From: Candidatus Bathyarchaeota archaeon
GTDB lineage: Archaea; Thermoproteota; Bathyarchaeia; TCS64
Direction of reading: 5' to 3'
Assembly (NCBI GenBank): GCA_043826455.1
Contig: JBDRQD010000002.1
Location: 1 to 64,000, forward strand
Length of the DNA: 64,000 nucleotides
Positions 27,009 to 35,862 of this stretch are shown here, piece after piece. The first letter of the stretch is position 1; each line of letters opens with the position of its first letter. Below the pieces are notes generated by a model that worked only from the letters and a program-made list of their open reading frames with translations, did not search any database and was not told where the DNA came from. The position numbers were made by a program, and so were the translations under genes.

Positions 27009-27677
27009 ATGGCTTTGTCAGGCGGGGTCTTGGCTGTGGTCTCTCACCCGGACGACGAGACCTTCGGGTGCGGAGGGACCCTGGCCCTCCACGCGTCCAT
27101 GGGCGTCCCAGTGAGCGTCCTTTGCCTATCCTGCAATCCACCGGGTAGACGTGGGGAGATCATGGGGGCAGCCGAGGAGCTGGGCGTCCCCGAGCCCGTG
27201 GTCCTCGATGACCTGAGCATCGCGCAGACCCCGGGCCTCATCAGGCGGGTGGCTGACCACATAGTGGCCGCTAAGCCCAAAGTTGTGTTGACTCACGTCC
27301 CCTTCGACTATCACCGTGAGCACAGGGCGACCTACGAGGTGGTGAAGGAGGCCGTGGAGTGGGCGGCCCACACCACTACCTACGATGAGCCCTGCTTGGT
27401 GGAGCGGCTTCTGCTGATGGAGGTGAACACGCTCATACCTAGCCCCCACGTACTGGTGGACGTGTCGGAGGCCATGGACGCGAAGAGGCGGGCCACCAAG
27501 CGGTACACGTCCCAGCTGGCCAAGTTCACATGGGGCTACTATGAGAGGTTCAACGAGAAGAAGGCCGAGCTCCGCGGCGTCCAGGGCGGCTGCTCCTACG
27601 CCGAGGCTTTCCAGGAGGAGCCCCTGGCCAGGAGCGGCCCCTTCTACCCGGTGAAGAGCGTCAGGAGCCTCCTCTGA
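27009..27677 (+). CDS. bshB: PIG-L/LmbE-family deacetylase, probable GlcNAc-malate deacetylase
   Basis: HPDDE..GCGG, HxxH (HREH), YTSQ and YAEAF motifs; clustered with bshA and bshC. Confidence 0.8.
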   Translation: MALSGGVLAVVSHPDDETFGCGGTLALHASMGVPVSVLCLSCNPPGRRGEIMGAAEELGVPEPVVLDDLSIAQTPGLIRRVADHIVAAKPKVVLTHVPFDYHREHRATYEVVKEAVEWAAHTTTYDEPCLVERLLLMEVNTLIPSPHVLVDVSEAMDAKRRATKRYTSQLAKFTWGYYERFNEKKAELRGVQGGCSYAEAFQEEPLARSGPFYPVKSVRSLL

Positions 27678-27724
27678 GCCTCAAGGTTTAAACCGGCTCC
27701 GCGCCGTCTTTTCTGGGAGGAAAC

Positions 27725-28672
27725 TTGAATCTCTACGGGCTCAAGGTCATAGACTTCCACAGCCACTTCCCCGTCCAGAGGGGCGGCGGAGGGGGAGGCT
27801 ACTGGCAGCGGGTGGTCGAGAAGTACGGGGAGGAGCGGGCCACCATCATCATCCAGAACAGCCGAAGGTACAGGGACGACTGGAGGCGGATGTGGGGCTT
27901 CGAGGCTCCGGAGGAGGGGACCCACAGCGACGAGGAGCAGGCGGAGCGCTGGGTGGCTGACCTGGACGCCAAGGGCGTGGAGAGGGTGAACTTCGTCACC
28001 GGAGGCGGCAACGACAACCTGGTCAAGGTTGTGGCCATGCACCCCGACAGGTTCACTGGGTTCGCCCACCACGACCCCTTCAGCGAGGACGCGGCCGGTG
28101 AACTGGAGCGGGCCGTGAAGGATCTGGGCCTAAGAGGCTACAAGCTGATATCGTCGAGCCTGACTCAGCCGGTGGACGACAAGTCGCTTTACCCCCTTTG
28201 GGAGGCGGCTGAGAGGCTGAAGGTGCCCGTGCTCATCCACTTCGGCGTCCTTGGGGGAGGAGGGGGCCCCTCCAGGGACCTGAGGAACATGGATCCGCTG
28301 ACTCTGTGGGAGGTGGCCGCCAGTTTCCCGACGCTAAACTTCGTGGTACCCCACTTCGGGGCCTGTTACCTCCGGGAACTCCTTCAGCTGTGCTGGAGCT
28401 GCCCCAACGTGCTGATGGACACCTCGGGGAGCAACCAGTGGACCAGGTGGATGCCATACAGGCTGACCCTGGAGGACGTATTCAGGAAGGCCATAGAGAC
28501 GGTTGGCCCAGACAGGATCGTTTTCGGCACCGACTCCAGCTACTTCCCCAGGGGCTTTGCCCAGGAGTACCTGAGGGAGCAGCTGATGATATGCCGCAGC
28601 ATCGGCCTGGAGCAGGGCACGGTTGAGAAGATATTCAGCGGGAACGCGGCCCGGCTGCTCAGGCTCTCTTGA
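27725..28672 (+). CDS. Amidohydrolase_2 family metal-dependent hydrolase
   Basis: IDFHSH, PVLIH, PHFG, DTSG, FGTD and NAARLL motifs. Confidence 0.9.
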   Translation: MNLYGLKVIDFHSHFPVQRGGGGGGYWQRVVEKYGEERATIIIQNSRRYRDDWRRMWGFEAPEEGTHSDEEQAERWVADLDAKGVERVNFVTGGGNDNLVKVVAMHPDRFTGFAHHDPFSEDAAGELERAVKDLGLRGYKLISSSLTQPVDDKSLYPLWEAAERLKVPVLIHFGVLGGGGGPSRDLRNMDPLTLWEVAASFPTLNFVVPHFGACYLRELLQLCWSCPNVLMDTSGSNQWTRWMPYRLTLEDVFRKAIETVGPDRIVFGTDSSYFPRGFAQEYLREQLMICRSIGLEQGTVEKIFSGNAARLLRLS

Positions 28673-28717
28673 AAGGTTTTTATGAGCTCCCTCTGATGTG
28701 CATCCTATAAGTGGGGC

Positions 28718-30442
28718 ATGCACTTGGAGAACACTGCGCCGGCGCACCTGATCTACAGCGACTACGTGGAGAAGGGATTGAGGGCGGAGCTGGCCCAGGC
28801 TCTTTGGGGGCAGATACCGTCCATCATGGGTGACGCCTACGAGGCATTACCCAGGATTCGCTCAAAGTACGAGGCCTCCGCGGAGATCGAGGGCTTCAAG
28901 AAGGCTCTGAAGAACGAGATGAGGTCCATGGGGCTCCTCACGGGCCGGGTGGAGGCGAGCATCGACCGCTTGGACCGTGGCGTCGTGGAGACGGGCCAGC
29001 AGCCCATGTGCTTGGGGGGTCCCAGCCTGATCCTGAACAAGTTGGCGTACGCCCACAGCCTATGCGGCATGGGGGACCACGGCTACGTCCCCCTATTCTA
29101 TAACGCCGACTATGACGGTGTACAGGCCGAGCTGCTGAACATCCGGCTGCCTAGTCCCTCCTCGCATGGTTTGCTGCTTTCTTACCCGTCTGAGCTGGGT
29201 GACGAGGGTGTGCCCATCCGCCTGCTCCATAACCCGTCTGAGGACTGGTTTAGAAAGACTGTTGAGAAGATCGAAGGCAACGTCAAGGGGATCATGAAGG
29301 GGGTGAACCAGGATGATCAGGAGAGGGTGGCTCAGAGGCTGAGCCACGCCCTGACCATCATCAGGGGCGCCTACTTCAGCACTGGCAATGTGTCGGACTG
29401 GGCCGCCAAGACCCTGGGGATCATCATCAATTTGGAGGCCGACATGGGTGTGCCCGTGGTCTCCCCCAGCAAACCTGAGCTCAGGCCCTTCTTCCAGGAT
29501 GGGTACGAGTTCCTTCTCTCGGAGCCCACCCGCAGCCGCTTCGTGGAGGCATCCAACAGAGCCGCTGAGCTGGTGGAGGGTGCCGGGTACAGGGCGCAGA
29601 TAGGGTTGCGGGGCCGGGACTACGTCCCCTTCTTCCTGGAATGTATGACGCCGGGCTGCAGGCGGAGCCGCGTCGAGCTGAAGTACGACGCTGGTGTGGT
29701 TAAGGGGAAGTGCCCCAAGTGTGGGGAGGAGTACGAGTTCAGCTTCAACCCTGGCAGCCCCGACCTCACCGACATCATCGACTGGATATCACCTAGAGTG
29801 GACTCTAGGCAGATCATAGTGGACTCTGTAATGCCCGTGCTGGCCCACGTGGGGGGCCCCGGTGAGACCAGCTACTACGCTGAGGTGATCCCCGCGGCCA
29901 GCGAGCTGGGTGTACCGTTCCCTCAGTACCTGCGCTACACCAGGGTCTTCTATAACACGCCGTGGAACGAGGCCGCCGCTAAGGAGGTGGAGGCCCTGGG
30001 CCTCCCGATGATCCTTGGCGAGGCCCTCTTCGCCGCCCTCGGGAAGTGGGTTGAGGCGCGTAACTCAGAGAACGGGGCGGCGCTGGCTGAGGCTCACAGA
30101 GCCATCCGGGCTTCCATTGATGGGAGCTTCGGCGCCCTGGTGGGCGAGGCTGAGAGGCTTCAGGGGGAGATCGAGGGCATCAAGGGTCAGCTGGGCTCCG
30201 TGAAGGAGCGGGGGCCCCTCATCAGGGAGATGAGGGAGAAGCAGGGTAGACTCGGAGCCCTCGACCAGTACCTGTCCTGGGCCTACGGCAGGTTCAGCCC
30301 TGAGCGGTTCGGCCAGGAGGTCAGCTGGCACTGGCTGGACCTGGCCACGGTCACAGGCTTGGGGGACCTCATGGGGGTCTTCGACCGAGTCTATAACAGG
30401 TGGACGCCCAACAGCTCCGTCTACTTCGCCAACACGGGCTAG
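28718..30442 (+). CDS. bshC: Bacillithiol biosynthesis cysteine-adding enzyme BshC-like
   Basis: VETGQQP..LGGP.....K, SP...R, HVGGPGETSYY and a C-terminal coiled coil match the BshC layout. Confidence 0.82.
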   Translation: MHLENTAPAHLIYSDYVEKGLRAELAQALWGQIPSIMGDAYEALPRIRSKYEASAEIEGFKKALKNEMRSMGLLTGRVEASIDRLDRGVVETGQQPMCLGGPSLILNKLAYAHSLCGMGDHGYVPLFYNADYDGVQAELLNIRLPSPSSHGLLLSYPSELGDEGVPIRLLHNPSEDWFRKTVEKIEGNVKGIMKGVNQDDQERVAQRLSHALTIIRGAYFSTGNVSDWAAKTLGIIINLEADMGVPVVSPSKPELRPFFQDGYEFLLSEPTRSRFVEASNRAAELVEGAGYRAQIGLRGRDYVPFFLECMTPGCRRSRVELKYDAGVVKGKCPKCGEEYEFSFNPGSPDLTDIIDWISPRVDSRQIIVDSVMPVLAHVGGPGETSYYAEVIPAASELGVPFPQYLRYTRVFYNTPWNEAAAKEVEALGLPMILGEALFAALGKWVEARNSENGAALAEAHRAIRASIDGSFGALVGEAERLQGEIEGIKGQLGSVKERGPLIREMREKQGRLGALDQYLSWAYGRFSPERFGQEVSWHWLDLATVTGLGDLMGVFDRVYNRWTPNSSVYFANTG

Positions 30443-31032
30443 TCCCCGTGCCGCTTCCTGAGGGGCGGGGAGAGCCTCACCATGGTGAGCATTCGCTCGA
30501 ATATGTCCACCCACTCGGCCATATCGGCCTCCAGGGCCCTCGGGCTGAGTACGCCCTGGGGCTGCCCTCGGCCTATCTCCCTGGACGCCTTGGCCCTGTA
30601 GACTGTGACTAGTCTGTCTCCGAAGCGGCCCACCTCCCAGAAGTCCTCTGTGAGGAAGATCACCATGGGCACTCTGAGGGCGCCGAGGATGCGCAGCTCG
30701 TCCTGAAGCTCCTCCGACGCCTCCCGGTCAATGACCCTGAGGTGGACCCTTTCACCGGCTGTGTCAGCCAGCTTATTGAGCATGGGGCCCTGCCTGGCGC
30801 AGTCGCCGCACCAGATGCCCCCGTACATGAGGACGTTGAGCTCCCTGTCCCAGCCCTGGAGCCGCTCCTCCTGATCCGGTGTGAGTTCGGGCAGTCGCTC
30901 CGCGTTCTCCCTCCACCTTGCGGCTTTCTCCTGGTCGGACTCGTCGATGAAATCGTCGTAGGGCTTGGCCATGTTGAAGTGGCGCTTCCAGAACTCTGCC
31001 CTCTTGTCGTAGTAGGTCGGATTCTCGGTCAC
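30439..31032 (-). CDS. Thioredoxin-fold protein (WCGDC)
   Basis: WCGDC active site; RVP cis-Pro loop. Confidence 0.88.
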   Translation of the reverse strand: MTENPTYYDKRAEFWKRHFNMAKPYDDFIDESDQEKAARWRENAERLPELTPDQEERLQGWDRELNVLMYGGIWCGDCARQGPMLNKLADTAGERVHLRVIDREASEELQDELRILGALRVPMVIFLTEDFWEVGRFGDRLVTVYRAKASREIGRGQPQGVLSPRALEADMAEWVDIFERMLTMVRLSPPLRKRHGD

Positions 31033-31065
31033 ATCGAATTGGATTGAGGCCGCACCATATATTGG

Positions 31066-32172
31066 TTAGCCTGTGACCCGCCTGTAGACGTCCAGGTACT
31101 GCTGCACAACCTTCTCGGTGCTGTAGCGCTCCACCACGGTCTCCCGTGCCGCGGCCCCCATCCTCTTCAGCTTCTCCCTGTCGCCGTGGAGCTCAAGTAT
31201 CTTCTCTGCTATGTCCTCCGGGTGCTTGAGGGGCACCAGGAACCCGTTGCGGCCGTCCTCTACGATCTCCGGTATGCCGCCCACGTTGGTGGCTACCACC
31301 GGGAGACCTGTGCTCATGGCCTCCAGGATGGTGAGTGGGGCGCTCTCCGTCTCGCTGGGCAGCACCAGGGTGTCAACGCATCTGAGGAGGTCCGGGACGT
31401 CGCTCCTGTAGCCGGTTAGAACCACGTTGCGGCGGAGGTCCATCTTGTCGATGAGGCGCTCCACCCTGTGCCTCTCGGGGCCGTCCCCGATGAGCATCAG
31501 CTTGGCCTTGGGCGCCGTCTTGGTGACCATGCACATGGCGTAGACCAGGTCGTCCACCCTCTTCACGGGCCTGAAGTTGCTTACGTGGGCAACGACGATG
31601 TCCCGCTCAGGCTGCTCCATGAGCTCGCAGGGGGCCGGTGAGTAGACCTCTGTGTCCACGAAGTTAGGTATCACCTTGATCGCGTTGTTGATCCCCAAGT
31701 TGTTCTTGGCCTCGTCGGCCATGAACCTGGAGACGGCTGTCACGGCGTCGGCCTGCTCCACGCTGAAGGTGTTCACAGGCTCGTAGCTTGGGTCGCTTCC
31801 CAAGATGGTGACATCGCTGCCGTGCAGCGTCACCACGTAGGGCTTCCCTGTGAGGCCCCTGCTCAGGTAGGCGGCGGTCGCGTGAGGGATGCTGTAGTGG
31901 ACGTGGAGGAGGTCTAGGCCACGCTTCACGGTGACGCGGCTCATCTCGCTGCCCAGGGCGATGGTGTAGGGAGGGTACTTGAAGAGGGGGTACTCTAGGA
32001 CGCTCACCAGGTGAACGTACACGTTCTCCGGGTCCACCCCCTGGATGGCCACAGGCCGCTCATATGTGATAAAGTGGGCCTCGTGGCCCCTCTTGGCGTA
32101 CTCGACGCCCAGCCTTGTGGCCAGGATGCCGCTGCCCCCCACCGTGGGGTAACATGTTATGCCTATCCTCAA
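31066..32172 (-). CDS. bshA: N-acetyl-alpha-D-glucosaminyl L-malate synthase BshA
   Basis: IGITCYPTVGGSG, YPLFKYPPY, HVHYSIPHA, TLHGSD and SNFRPVKR are BshA-specific motifs. Confidence 0.93.
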   Translation of the reverse strand: MRIGITCYPTVGGSGILATRLGVEYAKRGHEAHFITYERPVAIQGVDPENVYVHLVSVLEYPLFKYPPYTIALGSEMSRVTVKRGLDLLHVHYSIPHATAAYLSRGLTGKPYVVTLHGSDVTILGSDPSYEPVNTFSVEQADAVTAVSRFMADEAKNNLGINNAIKVIPNFVDTEVYSPAPCELMEQPERDIVVAHVSNFRPVKRVDDLVYAMCMVTKTAPKAKLMLIGDGPERHRVERLIDKMDLRRNVVLTGYRSDVPDLLRCVDTLVLPSETESAPLTILEAMSTGLPVVATNVGGIPEIVEDGRNGFLVPLKHPEDIAEKILELHGDREKLKRMGAAARETVVERYSTEKVVQQYLDVYRRVTG

Positions 32173-32230
32173 GACGGGTCACCGTAATGCTATACTGACT
32201 AGAAAGAAAGGATGGGATAAAAAGGTGGGG

Positions 32231-32704
32231 TTAGGTGCCCTTCATGCGCTTCTCGACGCCCAGGATGGCGGCGATCTGGCCCTCGTGGTGGATGATCTCG
32301 CTGATGGCTAACATCAGGTACTTCTCCTTGGGCTGGACACCGTAGAACCAGTCCAGGGGCTCGGCCAGGTCCTTGTCCTTGAGCCTGTTGAGGGTCTTGA
32401 TCAGGTTCTCCTTGCCGACCTTGATGTCCCCCATGATCTTGTCTAGGGAGTAGCTGGTGTTGCCCACGTAGTCCTTGGGCCACCCTTTGGGGGTGTAATC
32501 CTTGTCTCCCTTGACAATCTTGGGGATGAAGGCGTGGAGCTCGCTGGACAGGTGGGTCAGTATCCACCGTATGGTGTTGGCCTGGGGGCAGCTCTTCCAG
32601 TCAAGCTGCTCAGGCTTCAGGTCCTTTGTGGCTCGTTCTAGGCGTTCGAAGCCTAGCATCGCGAAGCCCTTCAAAGAGTCAGTCTTCTTGGTCATGTTAA
32701 TCAC
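32231..32704 (-). CDS. DinB-superfamily protein (putative thiol S-transferase)
   Basis: NTIRWILTHL...EIIHHEGQI four-helix pattern. Confidence 0.85.
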   Translation of the reverse strand: MINMTKKTDSLKGFAMLGFERLERATKDLKPEQLDWKSCPQANTIRWILTHLSSELHAFIPKIVKGDKDYTPKGWPKDYVGNTSYSLDKIMGDIKVGKENLIKTLNRLKDKDLAEPLDWFYGVQPKEKYLMLAISEIIHHEGQIAAILGVEKRMKGT

Positions 32705-32775
32705 GTTAAAACTGGGTACAACCTAGTTGGCTTGTACCGGTAATAATACTTTTGATCCGAAGAAAAAAAGGGGAT

Positions 32776-33255
32776 TTACTTGAGGAAGCCGGGGTCCTTC
32801 TCCTTGAGGCGCTTCACTGTGCCCCTGATGTAGGCGATCTGGCCCCTGTGATGGTACAGCTCACCTATGTAGGCGAATATCCCCGTCTTCCGCTTCTGCT
32901 TGCCTCCCCAGAGGGGTATCTCCTCCTCCAGCTGCTCGTCCTTGAGCTTGGCGAGGCCCTCAACGGCGGCCTTCTTACCGGCCTTGATGTCCTTCATCAG
33001 CTTCTCCAGGCTGTAGGCCTGGTCGCGGTAGTCCTCTGGCCACCCCTTGGGGCTCCAGTTGGGGTCCGCCTTGACGATGCGGGGGATGCTCATGTTCACG
33101 ATCCTGCTCAGGTGGTTCAGGTTCCACTGGATACTGTTGGACTCCGACGTGAGCTTGTATGTGAACTCCTTCTCGCCCAGGTTCTCGGCGTGCCTGTCCA
33201 GGCTGTCGATGACGTACCCGAGCTGCTCTGCAAGTATTGACGTTTTGTCTCCCAT
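32776..33255 (-). CDS. DinB-superfamily protein (putative thiol S-transferase), tandem paralog
   Basis: NSIQWNLNHL...ELYHHRGQI; shares PKGWP.DY with its neighbour. Confidence 0.85.
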   Translation of the reverse strand: MGDKTSILAEQLGYVIDSLDRHAENLGEKEFTYKLTSESNSIQWNLNHLSRIVNMSIPRIVKADPNWSPKGWPEDYRDQAYSLEKLMKDIKAGKKAAVEGLAKLKDEQLEEEIPLWGGKQKRKTGIFAYIGELYHHRGQIAYIRGTVKRLKEKDPGFLK

Positions 33256-33305
33256 AGAAACACCATGATCAGTGTTGAACGGGCGCTTATAACGCGTTCC
33301 CCCAC

Positions 33306-34073
33306 CTACGCCTCTCTCATCTTCTCAACGAAGCCCACCAGGTACTCCACCGTCTTCTCGTAGAGCTGTCTCCCCTTCTCGGCTGAGCCCCGCGTAGGGT
33401 CACCCATGAAGCCGCTGGGCTCCACCTCCTCGGCCCAGTAGTAGACGCTCTGAGGGTGGCCGTCGAACACGTGGGTGCCGTAACTCCGGGTCTCCAAGCC
33501 CTCCAGCGGCTGGTTCAGAGGCTTGAGCTCGGCCCTGCTCATATCCACCAGCTCCGGGTGCAGGTGCAGCATCACCGATGTTACGGGCTCGCCGCCGTGC
33601 CCCATCCTGAGGCCTGGGCCCCAGAAGTCCTTGGGGGTCATCTGGGTGACGACGCCCCAGACGTGGATGACGGCGCACAGGGCCCCAGCCTCCTCCCTGA
33701 GCCTGTATGAGACCTCTCTGAGGGCGGGGAGGTTGTCGCCGCCGTGGGCGCTGAAGAAGATGATCTTCCTGAAGCCGCATTTAGCTAGGCCCAGGCACGC
33801 CTCGTAGACGTACCGGCTCAGGGTCTCCATGCTCACAGTCATGGTGCCGGGGAAGTGCTTGTAGGGCTCGGAGACGCCGAAGGGGATCACCGGAGTGACG
33901 GGCACCCGGATCCTCTCCCCCACGTCCCTGGCCGCGGCCTCGGCCAGCAGGTAGCAGCAGCCCACCGGCTTGTGGGCTCCGTGAGGCTCCATGCTGCCCA
34001 GGGGCACTATGACGGTGTCGGCGGCCTCCTCCTCTATGGTGACCCAGCTCTTATGGTGCAGGTAGAATGACAA
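33306..34073 (-). CDS. Creatininase family amidohydrolase
   Basis: PLGSMEPHGAH, FPGT, HGGDN, HGGE and GDP motifs. Confidence 0.88.
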   Translation of the reverse strand: MSFYLHHKSWVTIEEEAADTVIVPLGSMEPHGAHKPVGCCYLLAEAAARDVGERIRVPVTPVIPFGVSEPYKHFPGTMTVSMETLSRYVYEACLGLAKCGFRKIIFFSAHGGDNLPALREVSYRLREEAGALCAVIHVWGVVTQMTPKDFWGPGLRMGHGGEPVTSVMLHLHPELVDMSRAELKPLNQPLEGLETRSYGTHVFDGHPQSVYYWAEEVEPSGFMGDPTRGSAEKGRQLYEKTVEYLVGFVEKMREA

Positions 34074-34119
34074 TCTGATCGGTTGAGGGTCAGCGCCTCG
34101 GTTTAAAGAACTTGTGAGG

Positions 34120-34416
34120 CTACCGGAGCCGCCCGCCGCTCACCCTGTTGAAGAGCCTGATGAGGTTGCCGCTCCTAAGGAGCCTGTGGAACTGTTCGCC
34201 GCGCTCCGTCTTCTTGTAGTAGTAGTTGCGGCCTTCCCTGCGCTCCGCGAGCACCTTCTCCGGGAGCATGAAGTCCTCCACCCACTTCTTGAACTGGGCA
34301 TCATTACCCAGCACCTTTATGAGGTCCCACTTGGTGGCCTCGCCGCGCTCCTCCACTGTGTCCAGTAGCTCCAGCGCTATGACGTCGGGGGTGCGGCGTA
34401 CACTCAACCTGCTCAC
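34120..34416 (-). CDS. Winged-helix DNA-binding protein
   Basis: RRT..VIALELL...TKWDL...YYKKTERG pattern. Confidence 0.75.
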   Translation of the reverse strand: MSRLSVRRTPDVIALELLDTVEERGEATKWDLIKVLGNDAQFKKWVEDFMLPEKVLAERREGRNYYYKKTERGEQFHRLLRSGNLIRLFNRVSGGRLR

Positions 34417-34739
34417 TTTTTCAGCTTCTTGCGGAGATCGAAGAGCCTGCTGTACCTGCTCCTCAGCTCTATGTACTTGTGGATGTTGAAGAGTCCTACG
34501 ATGAGGTTGGAGCCCGGCGCGATGATCATCGCCAGTATGAAGAGGGGGTCGTCGAGGTTACCGTAGCGGAGGCCGATGAAGAGGACGTACACGCCGAGAG
34601 CTATGACCAGGACCCCCGCGGCCCCCACGTAGGTGACGCCTGAGAGCAGGTCCCCTACTAGGGTCTCGGAGTCGTCTATTATGCCATCGAGTATGGTGTT
34701 CCAGTTGACGAGCTCCTCGTCCACATCTTTCTTCGCCAT
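34413..34739 (-). CDS. Two-TM hypothetical membrane protein
   Basis: Two hydrophobic helices; overlaps the wHTH gene by 4 bp. Confidence 0.65.
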   Translation of the reverse strand: MAKKDVDEELVNWNTILDGIIDDSETLVGDLLSGVTYVGAAGVLVIALGVYVLFIGLRYGNLDDPLFILAMIIAPGSNLIVGLFNIHKYIELRSRYSRLFDLRKKLKK

Positions 34740-34821
34740 GTTTATCAGGGGTTCAGTGTCCGATGACGTTAAAACGGTTGTTCTGAAGACAGCGCCGTGT
34801 CTAGTTCCAGAAAAAGGGGGG

Positions 34822-35658
34822 TTAGGGCCTGATGGGCGCCTGCACCTCGGTCATGATCTCGTCAGGGGCCACCTTGTTGGGGTCGTTGAGGTACAGGTCC
34901 CTCATGGGGCCGGCGATCTCCAGGCTCTTCTCCGAGACGTAGCCGTGGAGCCTCTGGTACGCCTGCCCTATGGTCTCGTAGCTGCCTCTGTGGACGAGGC
35001 TCACCACCCTGCAGGGCTCCAGGTTCCTGACCTCCACGGCGGGGTCCTCCACCACCAGCTTCCCCGTGACGGGGACGGCCACCTCTACGTCGGCGCCCTC
35101 CTCCTTGTACTCCTCGTCATGGTAGATGGTCATCACCGGGCCCACAATCTTCACGTAGTTTCGCTGGTTCTCGGGGGCGTATAGCACCCTCATGAGGTCG
35201 CCTATCAGCCTCCCAATGGTCTCGTCGTAGCTGCCGGTCTCCCTCTTGCTGAGGACACGGAGCCCGGGGACGTCCTTCACCACGGGGTCGGACATGGTCA
35301 CTTTAAACATCTCCTCCTTCTGGTTTCCTCTGAGCAACGACACGACCCGCTGGAGCCTGGTGAGCTCCCTCTCGGCGTCACCCAGGCGCAAGCTGAGGAG
35401 CTTATCCTGGGCGTCTCCGTCTCCCCTGTCCTCAGCCTCGAAGTATGCCGCCATCTCCTCGACGCTGAACCCCAGGTCGGATAGCTGCCTGATCTTGACG
35501 CCCCTCTGAATCTGGGCGCCCGTGTAGTACCTGTAGCCCGTGAAGGGGTCCTTGGCGCCGGGCACCAGGAGCCCCTTGGCGTCGTAGTAGCGGAGGGCCT
35601 TCTGGCTGAGGCGGGTGACCACGCTGAACCTGCCGATGGATATCTGGTCGACCGTCAT
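34822..35658 (-). CDS. MerR-family regulator with GyrI-like effector domain (BmrR-like)
   Basis: SIGRFS...KALRYYD..GLL, TGYRYY; C-terminal HRGSYE and YLNDP. Confidence 0.92.
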   Translation of the reverse strand: MTVDQISIGRFSVVTRLSQKALRYYDAKGLLVPGAKDPFTGYRYYTGAQIQRGVKIRQLSDLGFSVEEMAAYFEAEDRGDGDAQDKLLSLRLGDAERELTRLQRVVSLLRGNQKEEMFKVTMSDPVVKDVPGLRVLSKRETGSYDETIGRLIGDLMRVLYAPENQRNYVKIVGPVMTIYHDEEYKEEGADVEVAVPVTGKLVVEDPAVEVRNLEPCRVVSLVHRGSYETIGQAYQRLHGYVSEKSLEIAGPMRDLYLNDPNKVAPDEIMTEVQAPIRP

Positions 35659-35862
35659 CGCTCAACACTATTGACACGGCCCGGCTTCTAACGGCTTGGA
35701 GTCTGCCACAGGGTAGGGTTTGAGCAGCTGAGAGTTATCTGTTTGCCCCTTTGTCACCGAGACATTGTTCGGTTCAATGAGCGATGTGTGCGAAACATCA
35801 TCGAGTATTATTAAAATATTTAAACGGCTGAGTTTCCTTAACCTTTAATTGGAGGCTCAACG

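Noticed and set aside
35696..35722. Possible MerR operator dyad (AGTCTGCC-ACAG-GGTAGGGT)
   Set aside because: Too many mismatches to support without comparative data
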